DNA of 64,000 bases, from contig OZ316898.1 of assembly GCA_973895155.1 (NCBI GenBank), positions 15,964,330 through 16,028,329 on the forward strand. The letters run 5' to 3'. Positions 1 through 12,654 of the stretch are shown piece by piece. The stretch's first letter is position 1, and each line of letters starts with the position of its first letter. The notes under the pieces are model-generated. The model did no database searches and was not told the DNA's origin. It saw only the letters and a list, made by a program, of their open reading frames with translations. This DNA is from Marsupella aquatica. Taxonomy: Eukaryota; Plantae; Marchantiophyta. Position numbers and translations under genes: made by a program.

Positions 1-2418
1 TTGCCAGGTGAGAGATTTGTCGCTATCTGTTTCCTGTCTTGTTTGTAGTTTTGGAAATGTAGTTTCATAGAAGTGGCAGTCGCTGAATCGGGCCTTAAAA
101 ACGTCGGCTGTGGTGGGTTCCAGGTATCGAATGATGGATGTGGAATCACATCCAATGTATATTCCTGCTTGCCGCTGAGGGCCCATTTTGGTTCGTTTGG
201 GGCCCAGTATTGGTACCATTACTTGGCAGCCAAAGGTTCGAAGGTGAGTTATGTTGGGGATGGTGCCGAGTGCCAGAGTGTGTGGTGAGCTTGAGTTGTA
301 TGCTGACGGTCTGTAACTGAGTAGTGTGGCAGAGTGTAGGATGGCATGTCCCCATGCGGTTGTGGGGAGGTTGCTCTGCATCAGTATTGGTCTGGCAATT
401 ATTTGGAGGCGTTTTATCAACGATTCCGCTGTCCCGTTTTGGAAGTGGACGTGGGGGACGGGGTACTGTACGTCTATGCCTGTAGCAGTGCAAAAGTCTT
501 CAAAGGTTTTGGAGGTAAATTCCCCTGCATTGTCCACTCTGATTGTCTGGATCTGGTTATCCGGGAATTGTGCTCTTAGTTTCAAGATGTGAGCCAGTAA
601 GCGAGGGAAAACTAGATTTCTTGTGGATAGGAGTGAGATTTGGGACCATTTAGTTGAGGCATCTATTACTGCTAGGTAAAAGCGGAATGGGCCACTAGGG
701 GGGTCGATCGGTCCACATACATCTGCGTGGATCCGTTCCAGAAAGTTGGGGATTCTGGTTCCAGGTGGGGTTGGTGAGGGCCTTATTATCAGTTTACCTT
801 GTGAACAGGCAAGGCATGGTCCGAGCATAGATGTGGGGTGTACTGTAGGCCGTATGCCCTTGGTCTGTTTAACGATTCTCTGGAACATGTTAAGGCCCGG
901 GTGGCCAAGTCTCCTGTGCCAGATCTCTGTGATGGGGTTTTGTGGCTTTTGATTCTCTGGCTCGGTATGGAAGCTGTGTATGTTGGTAGTATAAAAGCCG
1001 GGGTGATGGGCTTTTAGTGTTTCCAGGATCCCATTGTTCTGTGGAGTCTTGGATGTGATATGTAGGACTTCGAGTTTGTTGGAAGTCCCAGTTTGGATAT
1101 GCAGATCATTGGCTCTTATGTCTCCAACACTTAGGAGGTTCCTGGTGGCTTTGGGTGCGTATATGGCAGAGTGTATCTTTATCACTGTGCCTTGTGGTAA
1201 TGTGACGGTTGCAGGTCCGTAGCCCTCCTCTAACTGATGTTGGCCCATTATGGTGGTGACCTTTCGCTGTGATGGGGTTATGTGGGTAAAGTATTCCTTA
1301 TTTTTCAGAATTGAATGTGAGGTCCCACTATCGACTATACATGAGTGAGGATTGTTTGGGTTCTTTGTGTGGTTCCTTATAATCATGTTGATCTCGGGAA
1401 GGATCTCAGCGGAGTCCATGAAAGTGCCATATGTTTCAGGTGCGTTTGTGTTCATGCTTTTCTTATAAAGGGCTACTAGATGTGAAGGTGCTCTGCAGTG
1501 TTTCTGAATGTGCCCTTTAGTTCCACAGCGAAAACAGAGAGGGGGGTTGGTGGTCATATCTCGTTGGTTGTGCTGGTCCTCGTTGAACTTCGTGCGATTC
1601 TGATTATTGTTCTCTCTCGTCCAGGTGTTCCACGAGCTCCTGCCGTTGTATCTCGATCTGCCTTGGCCGCGTCCTCGGTGGAAATTCCCTCTGCCGCCTC
1701 GTTGAAAGTTATTGCTTCGACCCCTATTCGGGCTGCGTCCCCTGGTGCCTGCGCGGCCTCGATAGTTTCTTGATTCTCCCCTCTGTGGTGTGGCGTAGTT
1801 GGTCTCGGGAGCTGATGTGGACGGGAGGGTCCCCGGTGGGCATTTCTGCGAATTTTGTAGTAGTAGGAGCTGGTGCTTTTCAGCCAGCAGCATATGCGCA
1901 ATTAGTTCGGAGTATTTGGTAAAGGCCATATTCCTGTATTGTGTAGAGAGGATAAGGTTTGAAGAATGAAGAGTTGACAGTGTTTTTTCGATCTGCTCTG
2001 CATCGTTTATTGGTTGGCCGCAGATGGCCAGTTGTGCGATGATCCTGAATAGCTCACTGTTATAATCTGCGACCGTCTTGTAGTCTTGGACGCGCAGATT
2101 GATCCAGTCGTGGCGAGCTGCGGGTAGGTAGATAGTTCGAATGTGATCGAAACGGGATTGTAGGTCATCCCATAGTAGCCGGGGATTGAATTCGTTCATG
2201 TATTGTTTCTTCAATGGCTCGCATAGATGGTGCCGAATTAGTATTAAGGCCTTCGCCTTTTGTGGGAGAGTAGTTCCCGCATCTGTAATGATCGTGTCTT
2301 GGAGTTCTTTTGCTGCGAGGTGGGCCTCAATATCTAGAGTCCAGGATAGGTAATTTGCGCCGTCTATACTCAGAGGTTGAAATAGGAGTTTCTCGATGGA
2401 GTTAGTGGGTACAGCCAT
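1..2418 (-). CDS. Copia gag-pol polyprotein (gag, zinc knuckle, protease, GAG-pre-integrase, integrase), partial
   Basis: ATG at 2418 (MAVPTNSIEKLLFQPLSIDGANYLSW), CFRCGTKGHIQKHC at ~1536, CIVDSGTSH at ~1340, IWHRRLGHPG, RIHADVCGP, IRVDNAGEF, QNGTAE. ATG, knuckle and the last codons share one frame; the ORF is probably absent from the ORF track because it runs off the window. Confidence 0.88.
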   Translation of the reverse strand, partial: MAVPTNSIEKLLFQPLSIDGANYLSWTLDIEAHLAAKELQDTIITDAGTTLPQKAKALILIRHHLCEPLKKQYMNEFNPRLLWDDLQSRFDHIRTIYLPAARHDWINLRVQDYKTVADYNSELFRIIAQLAICGQPINDAEQIEKTLSTLHSSNLILSTQYRNMAFTKYSELIAHMLLAEKHQLLLLQNSQKCPPGTLPSTSAPETNYATPQRGESRNYRGRAGTRGRSPNRGRSNNFQRGGRGNFHRGRGQGRSRYNGRSSWNTWTRENNNQNRTKFNEDQHNQRDMTTNPPLCFRCGTKGHIQKHCRAPSHLVALYKKSMNTNAPETYGTFMDSAEILPEINMIIRNHTKNPNNPHSCIVDSGTSHSILKNKEYFTHITPSQRKVTTIMGQHQLEEGYGPATVTLPQGTVIKIHSAIYAPKATRNLLSVGDIRANDLHIQTGTSNKLEVLHITSKTPQNNGILETLKAHHPGFYTTNIHSFHTEPENQKPQNPITEIWHRRLGHPGLNMFQRIVKQTKGIRPTVHPTSMLGPCLACSQGKLIIRPSPTPPGTRIPNFLERIHADVCGPIDPPSGPFRFYLAVIDASTKWSQISLLSTRNLVFPRLLAHILKLRAQFPDNQIQTIRVDNAGEFTSKTFEDFCTATGIDVQYPVPHVHFQNGTAESLIKRLQIIARPILMQSNLPTTAWGHAILHSATLLSYRPSAYNSSSPHTLALGTIPNITHLRTFGCQVMVPILGPKRTKMGPQRQAGIYIGCDSTSIIRYLEPTTADVFKARFSDCHFYETTFPKLQTRQETDSDKSLTWQ

Positions 2419-2884
2419 CTTCTATCAATTGGTCAATTGATCCTGTGATAATAACAATATATCCGTTCGCACTTGACTGAGTGATGATGTGGGGCTATGT
2501 CCCTTCTTGAGTCGTTGTCTCTCAAGTTGAATTCCTGGGTCTGCCTCCGCTTCTTCTATTGTCAGCCCCCTCAAATCCCAATCCGTGGAATCGTGGTCAA
2601 ATTATACCACTCCCGATCGATCTGCTGCCCGAAAAATTAGTTTCTATGGTGCTGAATCAATCGCCTTGGCATGAATGTCCCTCTGAAGCTTGTTTGAAAA
2701 AAAAAATTCTCGTTGCAGACATCGTGCTGATAACGTGTTGTAGCTCATCAACAACTAACTCCTTTATTCATTCCTCTTCCAATACATATAGTCCCTTAGG
2801 CAGGTAGGGTAGTTAGGCGGTTAGTCTTAACCAACTGTGGTAGGTCTAACCTTAGTTAGGCTAGAGTTAACTCGGGTTACAACA
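1..2884 (-). mobile_element. Ty1/Copia LTR retrotransposon, Bianca-like; 5' half (runs off the left edge)
   Basis: 149-bp LTR TGTTGTA...TACAACA at 2736-2884. Bianca-type PBS (minus strand CGTTATCAGCACGA, 2722-2735). Followed by gag-pol. Confidence 0.9.
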
Positions 2885-4055
2885 AGATATCTATTGGGAA
2901 TATTACCATATAAGAATTGCCATTCACAAATTCAGGGGAGAATTGTTTTTCCCAACGTGCCTACTGCACTTAAAAGTTAAGCTCCGTGCCTACTACACAT
3001 GGAAACCAATGAGTGCCTACTGCACATGGAAGTAAATGACAAATTGAGGGGGAGACCTCAAGTAAGACTTGACATCAAGCAATGTAACCCATGGGATGTG
3101 CCTATTGCACAAGTGCCTTTCGCACCAACGAATACCTAAAAATGGAACTCTATTCCATGCATATGGCAAATCATGAAATCTAAGGAATTTTTATAAATGA
3201 TTGAACATGGTGTTAACACAATCACTTACCAATACTTGATGAGGTATACTGGATATTAAAGTACCATATGATAATATGAGGTACAGTACCAGGTCATAAG
3301 GTACCATAAGGTGAGACATGGCATGGTAAGGCACCATAAGAGATGGTGCGCCATACCCCAATATGATAACCCTATGTTGTGGATATGGTACGTGATGTGG
3401 TGCAAATAGGTTATACCCACACCAAATCTAGGGTTGGACACCCAATATTCCAAGGCCATGGATTACACCATCTCATCTTCATTTTGTACTAATACTTTGC
3501 TTTGTCATGGCATGTAATCGGTGACCATCAAGGAATCTCCATTTCCAGATTGGAAGATCTTCAACAAGCCTATAGTGCTGACAAGCACCTTAAGAGACTT
3601 TGTAGAAATTACACATACACTATATGCTTAAACCCAATTATGTTACACCCATGGGGATGGTAATACTCTTTCCTCCCACAAAGAAAGTAGGGGAGGTTTT
3701 AATGAGGTTACATCCCCCACTTACACTTTACCATACAACATGAATTATAAGACATCTATTAGGAGAAGCTTTTCATTTATAGTAGACTTGAGATGGCTAC
3801 ACCATTCATAAAATAGGCTAGACATCAACAAAACCTATTGTATGTACCATTGAGTATACCCAAAATAGACTCTTGATTGTAACATTTCAACCCCAATGTT
3901 ACAAAGGGGGAGTGTTGTAACTCATACTTGAGTTAAGTCTACCTTTGGGATAACTACCTATGTAACTACCCTAACTACTTAGGCCGTAGCCACATGTACA
4001 TATCCTACCAAGAGTAAAGATGGAACCAACTCTTTGTCTCGTTTATCCTACAACA
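2885..4055 (+). mobile_element. Decayed Copia-like remnant ending in PPT and a short 3' LTR
   Basis: PPT AAAGGGGGAG (3903-3912), then TGTTGTAAC...CTACAACA (3913-4055, 143 bp), with termini like the Bianca LTR. No intact coding sequence. Confidence 0.6.
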
Positions 4056-4685
4056 AAATTCCAATTGTGTAAATCTTATGAGATCTGATGACAGATTCCT
4101 CTTTGGGTGACTCATTACAATCTCCTAAGTTCTTGGAGTTAACTCACTGAGTTTAAGTCTTATTTGAAATTGATGGATTTTCTTTCATGTTGCTTAGTAC
4201 CATCTAAATGTTGAAGTAACTACCTTTTAGATCTTATCTGAGTACCACTTAGAAAGAAAGGATAAGACATGTTAACGACATTTTAAAAGGTACTCTAGTA
4301 AGCAATTTAGATCTGAAAAGCAATATGGATTTGTATCCTTAAGTCTTTTCATTTTGACTTATGTCTAAGGAGTAACCTTGGAAAATTCCAGACTCCCTTA
4401 GCATACTTTAAGATATTTTTCCTTGTGTTTTGTTAATCATTCCCTTTTCATTAATTTATGGTTACATGATGCTGAGTTGTCATTGAAAACCACTCACCGC
4501 TGTGGAGCGATCTTCAAAATACCTTATTAAAGTAATCAATTCTGATTACTATGTGTTAAAAGAGAGTTCTTAAACTCTCATTTGTGTTTTTATGTATCAA
4601 ATCAACCCCATCTTGTTCTTTACGGGAACGAATACCGAGTTTGAAGACCTTTAAGTGTGTTTTTGGTTCTTCATAGCAAACTATA
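4056..4685. mobile_element. Partial LTR of family X (inverted copy of 32280-32910)
   Basis: Near-identical reverse complement of the first ~630 bp of the solo LTR at 32280-34214; interrupted by the Copia remnant. Confidence 0.85.
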
Positions 4686-7600
4686 GGCCCCTTCCCCTTG
4701 CCACTTACCTCCGGCACCGGTGTGAGTGTCTCGGCTTCTCCTTTGGCCAGTACTACACCAGGTAACTTGGTTGCCCCAATTAGAGTTGGTCCTGAGGAAG
4801 CCAAGCACTTAAATACTGCGGCCTGTTTCTTCAGCCGCTCCGTTTGGTTGTCGGCCCGCCGTTGTAAGTTCTCCATCTTCCGCGTGCTTTCCTCCAACTC
4901 CTGCAATTCATCCAGGTCCTTCCTTGCCTCCTTCAGCTCCTTCTGGGCTTCCTCCAACTCTTTCTTTAAGGTAGCCCTCTCCTCCTGGGTTGCTCTTAGC
5001 TCCTTGTCGAGCTCCGCCACGACCTCAGACTCCATTTTATTCATCTTGGCATAAGTCTGGTCGAGCTGGTCATCTTTCTCGCGGAGGTCGGCCTTGAAGC
5101 TGGCCGTCATGGATGCGAGCTCTTGCCACAGCACGATAATCGCTTGATAGGATTTCCCTAACTCGACCTCCTTCTGCTCAAGGGCTCCGTGGATATCCTC
5201 GAGTTCCCCTTTCAACGCCCTCTCCCTTCTCTGAGTCTCCGCCATGGCCTGGTTGTTGGCTGCTATGTGGGCCTCCTTTGCGTCTCTCAGCTCTCGCTTC
5301 CACTTCTCCCTATCTTTGACCGCCTTGGCCAACTCTCCTTGGCTCTGAGTCAGTTTATCCTTGATAATCTGATTATCAGACTGCGTGGTATCCAATTGAC
5401 CCTGCATGATGTTTAGCTCATGCCGTTTAATCCGTAGCTCATCTTGGGCTTTCTTGGACGCCTTTAGGGCTTTTACCTCGGCTTCCCTCTCCCTAAGCCG
5501 TCGGATGACCTCGTCCTTCTTGCTTCTCTCCAAAGCCACCGCTTCTTCTAATTGGTGCTTCTCCAATATCTCCCTCTGGAAAAAGGGGGTCCCTGCTCCA
5601 ACTCCTCCCCAAAGATGCTGAGCACAAGTTCCCCACACATCTCCCCGTACTCCATGGCTCTATCTTTAGGATAGGTGGAGTAAAAAGAAGTCATCGGCAT
5701 CAACCACCTCGGCCTCTGTTCCCAAGCCGCCTTGCGGATTTCTTCTATGGTGGCAAGAGGGTTGCTTCTTTTTTTGGCAAGCCGCCTGATGTCCTCCGAC
5801 CAATCTCCTCCTGGTAAATCTTTCTCCCTAGCCAGGGCTACCTTCTCTTCCTCTCTGAGTCACTCCTGAAACTCCTGTGCCGTCTGTCTTATGCCGTCAA
5901 AACTCGGGGGAGCGACATCTGGTGGGGGGGACTCGGGGCTGCTCTATTGGGTGGGGTCCCCTCGAATTACTCTTGAAAGAGTGGGGATGAACCTGCCACA
6001 GGTCCTTATTCCTGGAACATGATGATCCGACCCATAGCCGGAGTTATCATTGCTGTAGTCCTCCACCGCCTCCTCCACTGCTTGGACTCCCGGCTTCCCC
6101 CTCTGTTCTCCTGGTCCTGCCATGAACACAACCCCACAGATCACGGGTTCTGGATCCTTTGGCTTCCACGTTGATCTCATCTTCTCCCTGTCATGACCAG
6201 GGGCCTCGGGCTGCTTCTCCTCGGCTTTGGGACTTGAAGCTCCTACATACATTCGGACTCCCGGCTTGTGTTCCGGCCTCCTCTCCTTGGCCCCGGTAAA
6301 GGGGTTTTCCCTGGTAAGTTGGCTAAGGCCGACTTCGGAAGCAGTATTCTGTGCTGGCCCCGTTACCATTGCCGTTCTTCTTTCCTTCTCCAGCAATTTC
6401 AGCAGATTCTGCATGCCTGGTTGCTACATCGGCAAGTCCTCCTTCCTCGGCCTAAACACCTGCTCGATTGTAGGACTGTCGGGCTGGGTCGATTTCTCTG
6501 TTGCTGGCCTCGGTTCCGGAACTTCCTCTGGTGCCCTTGCCTGCAGGGGCACTACTGGGGCAGATATCTGGCTTTGGGCATACCAGCACAACAGCAGCAT
6601 GTGATAACCAAGCCGGGACACGCTTCCCATGCCGATCACCAGCTGTTCCTCCTTCAAGATCTTCTTCAATTGGTTGAGGAGGTACCCGTTGTAGTCCCGA
6701 CTTGGGTCTGGCCTCTCTGCCAGGTAGACCTGTGCCTTGCCGATCTCTGCCCCCGGCAAGTTGCAATGCATGGTCACCCGCAAGAAATCAATCATCTCTC
6801 CGATGTGCGGGTTGGTGCAGGTGTTCCGGAAGAAGCCATTCTTTGTTGATGGCCCTGGAAACGACCGAAACTCCTTGCCTGGTCTCTACCTTGGTCTTAT
6901 TGCCCATCGGCAAGCCAAACACTTCGGCAATCACCCGAGGAGTGAGATAGAAATCCTTCCCATACACCCTTGTGGAATTGGTCTCGGGCTCCCATGATCC
7001 CATGAATTCTAATAAGTCTGAATCCGGCACCTCCGGCTTCAGCCATGGTAATTTTACGAAGGCTTCCAAGCCGGATCCGGCCATGAAGCCCTAGTACTTC
7101 TTGGTCTGCATGGCCATAAAGCATGCATCCTCCTCCCGTGCAAAATGCAGTTGCACCTCTTCTGGTAGGGTCGCCGCCCAGTATTTCCAGGTGTCATCCC
7201 TGGTTGGAATGGCATTGATGGGATTGACCTCCTCCTCTTTGGCTTCCGCTTGCCTCCTACTTCCCTGCTCTGCTGGCTTCCTTGGTGCCGCCGACCTCGT
7301 TCTTTTTGCCGGGGTGGCCTCTTCGTTGTTGTTTCCTTTCCTCTTCATCTCGGCTGCCGTGGATGTTTCTCCTAGCACGGTTGCCTTTGTCCACCCCTCC
7401 GTGCTACCCTTCAACTCCCAGTGTATGTCGTTGCTGCGGTTGATGGCTTCCCGAATGCCGATGATCCTATTTTTGCAAAACAGAAGGTCATCAAGCTGAT
7501 TGGCAGTAGGAGTCCACAAGAACTCGGCCTTGATGAATTCTCCTCCTAAGAAGGCAGATTTCTGCAGCTCCCACAGTCGAGCTAGCTCCTGCCGTTCTCG

Positions 7601-8078
7601 AGCTGCTCTCTTCGATTCTTCGTCCTCGTAAGTCCCAATGTACTCAGTTGCCCGTTTGAATAGGCATCCCCAAAAATGTGTCGCTTGATTGACGTTGCTC
7701 ATACCCTCCTTGAGTTGTTCGTTGGTATTTGCTCCCGCCCAGAGTGTTTGTCTAAGCAGCTGACAGTAGTTGGCCTCCCGTAGTCGTCTGCCCAGTTCAT
7801 GCTTGCAAATGAGCCACCATTCCTCGTGAGCTGTCCTTACCCCTCTCCTCCTCTGGTCTTTCCTACCGTTGGTTACCCCTAGCTGCCGACACTTAGTACG
7901 CCCTAACCCTAATCGTATTCTCTCCCCCGACGTCCTTACTTCCGGCCTCGGCCCGGGTTCCATAGTCACCCTTAATTGTTTATATTTTCCTCATTCTTGT
8001 AACTATACTAAGGTGTTTCTAGGGTACACTTCCGTTTTCCCACTTAACCGGCCTAGTGATTCCTGGTTAGGCATCACA
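4686..8078 (-). mobile_element. Family A ORF-bearing TG...CA element, copy 1 (left part interrupted or outside the window)
   Basis: Terminus GGCATCACA at 8078 matches copy 2 (36978). Frameshifted ORF pieces 7091-7969, 6788-7084, 6424-6795, 5944-6414 and 4686-5638 are collinear with copy 2. Confidence 0.85.
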
Positions 8079-10159
8079 AAGGCTGTGGTCTAGATCTTCT
8101 TCGAAAGATGAGTTCCGGAGGGCCTCTTGAGGGTGCGTGGGTAAGTTTTGATATGATGCACTGAATGACAAAGGATTGGCTTACATTTAGTGTACATGTT
8201 TATGACCATAACTATCGTGCACTTTGCACAATATTCACTTGCAAGTTGTGAGCAGAAGATACAAAATCCCTTGAGAGGGCTTGGCGCTTAATGTTGGAGG
8301 TGGCTGATGAGAACGGTCTTCACAATGTCCACATTCATGGTTTTATGGCGGAAAATGCTCAAGCTGGTTGGAATGCTATGAGGAATGTGTTCTTTGGGGG
8401 ACTTCCTGATCCCGAACATGAGCGATCAGATGCATTTCACTTCTTCCAGTCATTTTGGAGACACTCAATTGAAGGCATTCCTGAAGGAAAGCAGAGTGAA
8501 CATCGTGCCCTCTGGGATAGGTTGCGGAATGCAAAGTCATTTATCGAGGCATATCGTATTTCTAGAGAAATTGATTCTTGGTGGAGGGCAGGGAATTGTT
8601 ATCCTGGTAAATTACAAATGTTGCAAGGTTGGATTTCATGGTGGGTTGCCCGCTGGCGCCAATGGGGAAACTTTATTCGATTGGTAAGTATTCTAAACAA
8701 TTGTTGGTCTAGCGGGTTCCCCGTGGTTGTTTGAAGGAGCTTCGAACCTTTTCCTTTCCAATGCGGCTGAATTCAATTTGGAAAGGAATTCCCCTTTGAA
8801 CGGGGATGTACATACCCGGTCAGTAAAGAGGAAGGGACATGCTACTGGAAATGTCTCTGCGCAGGACTCCCACAGGCATGACACTATCCTCATTACGACC
8901 CCAAACATCCGAGGTTTGAAGCGAAGAAATCTCAATAGAACGGAATTCTCTACGATTCCCTCTGAACCAGGTCCCCAAGAGAGTGTAGTCGTCAATATTT
9001 CAGAGAGCGATGTTTCAGCTAGTCTTGAAGAGCGGACACCTCCTCCTTTGATGGAGACGAGGTCATCTGCAACTCTAATCACGTCCCCAGTACATGTTAT
9101 TGAAGAAGTAACCCCATCCGTGTTGGAGTCCAATGTTCCTTCTGGAGCATGGCATATTAGGAGAACTTCAAAGCATGGTGCTTCCCCAGTGTGCAATGGA
9201 TCCCTTGGCGGACATGGAGATCGTGACAAATGTAGAAATTGATTGAAGAAAGTAGGCTACCGTACATCAAACGGAGTCGTTGGTATCGCAGTTCAAGCAG
9301 CGCAAAATTTCAGAGGGGAACCACATCCAGAACTGATCTGGTTCTGTCCGAATAATGTTTGTTATAGAAGTCATCCTTGAAAAGGTGTTATGAATGTTCC
9401 GCCTCCTTGTGATCACTTGCCCGTTGCATTGACTACAAATCTTTCTATTGCGGAGGTAGAATTTCTAAAGGACAACGGAATATCGATTGGAGGTGAAGGT
9501 GATCGTGTAAGAAATGCACCAAGTGGACTAGATCTTCGAATCGATGTCAATGTTTTCCCGGAAAGGATCAATCTACTTCAGTTGACAATTTGTTGTTTAT
9601 CTCAAAACGGGAGGACGTGCCTACAGAGGCACCATCTAACTAAATCGCACTATAAGAAGATTGAGGCAGTTGAGAAAGAAGAAATGAAAATAATCTGTTC
9701 CAGGGATGTTGCGACAGGAAATGGATGGGGCAAACAATTTTGCATCCAAACACACATTGGTCACCACTCTGTCATTGCCTATTGGGTTCAGATTTGCTGC
9801 TTCCCGTGCTGTTCTTACGAAGATTTCTATTGTCGTCATGCCCACCGCAAACCCTTCTTGCCTTGCAAACATCTGTATTGGATTTATAAGAATGTTTTCA
9901 AACTGGACCTTCGAGAATCAACGTTGTCGAGTCAGCCTATACTCACCGTTGGAGAAATACGTCTCTTGTTGGAACGACAAAGTTTAGGGTAGTATTTAAA
10001 GAGGTGTCTATTATGTAGTTAACGTTAAATTGGTCAATACTTTGTCATTTTCCAACGGCATTATCATAGACAGAAGCTTATTGAGAATGAGTGTATTAGA
10101 CAATGTTTGGTTTTGTAAAATAGGGTTGGATCATTGCTAGCGCCTAGCGCTAGTATTAT
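8079..10159 (+). mobile_element. MULE-like DNA transposon remnant (transposase domain and SWIM zinc finger)
   Basis: WVSFD...VHVYD...GFMAENAQAGWNA...AFHFFQS (8130-8460) resembles a MULE DDE core. YWVQICCFPCCSYEDF...PCKHLYWIY (9780-9890) is SWIM-like. Stops are present. Probably resumes at 16131. Confidence 0.6.
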
Positions 10160-10581
10160 TGTGATGCCGCTGGTACAGCGGATAATGAGTGATTCGGTCT
10201 AACCACACTTAGCACGTGCGTTAGGGGTATCTTAGGCCATTATTATTAGCATAACGATAGTATTTAGGTAGCCATTATGAGTAGGAAATCATTAGTCAAT
10301 AAGGGGAATTCATGTTCGGGCTGGCGGCGGGTCCCCATTCGCACGCCCGGGTTGCAAGCGTGTAATGGGCCCCCTTTCCCCCTCCCTCGGGTCCGTATAA
10401 TAAACTCCGGGAGGCGGCCACTGACACGAGCTGACCCGTACCAGCGAAGGGGCCGATCCTTTGCAGTGCACCAGTTCTTCAATCCACGCGCCAGCTTTGA
10501 CCCCGGCTCTCTCGCTTTTTCCTTAGTCACCTGCTATCTCCTCTGAATGTCGCACACGATCCTTTCCAGTTCGGCCATACA

Positions 10582-12654
10582 TGTAATACAGTAGATTAGT
10601 TAGAAATGATGAAAATTTTATAAATTTTGAACTTTTTCTAACTCAAGGTGCAATCTAGTTACCTTTTGTAGCAATTTAGATCAACTGAACACTTTACCTA
10701 ATGTTATGCTTCATCAGAGGCTATTGCCTCTATTGGATAAGGATCGACAATATAAATCTTTGCTCTTTACATGCTACCAAGAAAGAAGACTGGACATCAT
10801 TGGAGAAGCAATGCAGACTAGAAGATTCAAGAACCGGACTCCAAAACACTTCTTCAACAAGAATGAGCTCTCTGTGCAATTATCACAATCAATCGATCTC
10901 TGCTATTTTAGTTAAATAGTTTTCACGGTCAGAAAAGTCTCATACTTTTTCAAAAGGTAGTAGTTGCGTAGTAGAATCATCCCTGAAAGTTTCATCTCAA
11001 ACCGACATGTGGTTTGAAAGTTAAAATTATTTTAGTTTAGCTATTTTTTACATAGCCGCGACTTCGCCGATGCTTTGAGAAAAGTCCTTTGTATTTTTGG
11101 ACGCTTTGAAAAGCGTCCACCCAAGACCACGACGCTTTCTGAAGCGTCCGCCACCCAACCAGCTGTACTCCGACGCTCTGCAATCCACATGAGAAGCGAC
11201 GCTTTCGGAAGCGTCCACCAAGTTTCGACGCTTTCAGAAGTGTCCGCCACCCCAAAGGCTACATCGACACTACGACGCCCACTGAAGCGTCCCGCCCAAA
11301 GACCAGAAGACGGATGCTGCGACCAAAACCTCAAAATTCAGCCGACGCTTTGTGAAGCGTCCACAAAAGTCCTTTGTAGTTTTGGACGCTTTCTGAAGCG
11401 TCCACTATGTTCCCGACATTTAGAAAAAAATTCAGTTTTCGTGCTTTTATAACACCGTGCCACTTTTACCGATTTATTTGAGACACTTAGATATCTCAAA
11501 AAAGTCTGAAATTTTGTCAGCATTGAGATTATATGTACTAGAGTACCCTAGAAAAGTTTCAACTCATTCCGACTCTTAGTTTAGAAGTTAAAATTAGATT
11601 AAGATCACTGTTTATTAGTTTTACCACAAACACCGACGCTTTGCAAAGCGTCCGCTCAAACCTCGACGCTTTGAGAAGCGTCCCCTGCATTTTTGACACT
11701 TTCAGCAGTGTCCATTCACTTTTCAAGGATGACCGTCATTAAGTTTATTCAAGATCCTTTAGATATGAAAGGGCATGTCCTTTTAGTATCTCAGTCTCCT
11801 TGGGTTCCTGCCAGCCTATTTGAAGTAGAATTTGTGTCATTTTCAAGTGTGAAGAAATAAAGTAGTGCCTGTGGCATGTGCTGCAACACTGGAATCACCT
11901 TTGCAAAGCTTTCGTGTGTTTCCGTATGGTATGGAGCTTGCAAATGCAAAGGAATTCTTCTCCCTTCCTTGGTCTGAATGATTGAGAGTTTAGATCATTG
12001 AAGTAAAATTACTTGTATGAAGTTGAATCTCAGAAGTATGAGGGAATAGATTCCTTAAGTGGTGACAACCCATCTTCTTGAGTTCTTGATGCATAGTTTT
12101 TGGCATGACATTGCTTGTGCATGGGATGCAAAGATTGTTACTCACCAATTACCTGTGACTTCAATTTGATCATGATGGTGTTTATTATTCGTGACTCAGA
12201 GTACCGACTGGATATCGAAGTGATTGATTACTAGTTTCTTCTGAGTACCTTTGGAAGGAAAAGTTGAGACGTGTTGACGGCATTTTAGTAATCATCCTAG
12301 TACAGTAATCCATTCCAAAAATGTTCTTACGGATTTACCACCCAAATCACATCAAATGAAGTATTGATGAGAAGTTACCTTGGTGTTTTCCAGACTCCCT
12401 CATCATACCTCAAGATTTCATTGTGTTTTGTTATTTGTTTCCATTTTATTAATTACATTTTCAATGTTAAGCAAACATTCAAATCTATGCTTTGTGGAGC
12501 AATCATAGTAAAAGGCTCAAACCTGTGTTTTTGTTACCTTAGTCATTCATAAGTATTAAATGATAGAAAATCATTCCTTTCTTGTTCTTCCATGGGATCG
12601 AATACCGAGTTTTGGGCATTAAATGTTGATTTATGTCCTTAGTGAAATACTACA
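10582..12654. mobile_element. Solo LTR related to family X (2073 bp, TSD ATACA)
   Basis: ATACA|TGTAAT...ACTACA|ATACA. The end (CGAATACCGAGTTT region) is homologous to family X. Inserted about 12 codons into the family B ORF. Confidence 0.88.
11060..11410. repeat. Array of short palindromic repeats GACGCTTT-N-AAGCGTC inside the solo LTR
   Basis: Recurrent units such as GGACGCTTTGAAAAGCGTCC, GACGCTTTCTGAAGCGTC and GACGCTTTGTGAAGCGTC; further copies at 11635-11712. Confidence 0.8.

Noticed and set aside
4556-5638. Coiled-coil ORFs as myosin- or SMC-like host genes
   Set aside because: They are frameshifted pieces of the multi-copy family A/B element ORFs; the last residues of this ORF read into the X LTR.
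11060-11410. CRISPR-like palindromic repeats
   Set aside because: Irregular spacing, degenerate units, located inside a TSD-flanked LTR in eukaryotic DNA, and no cas genes.
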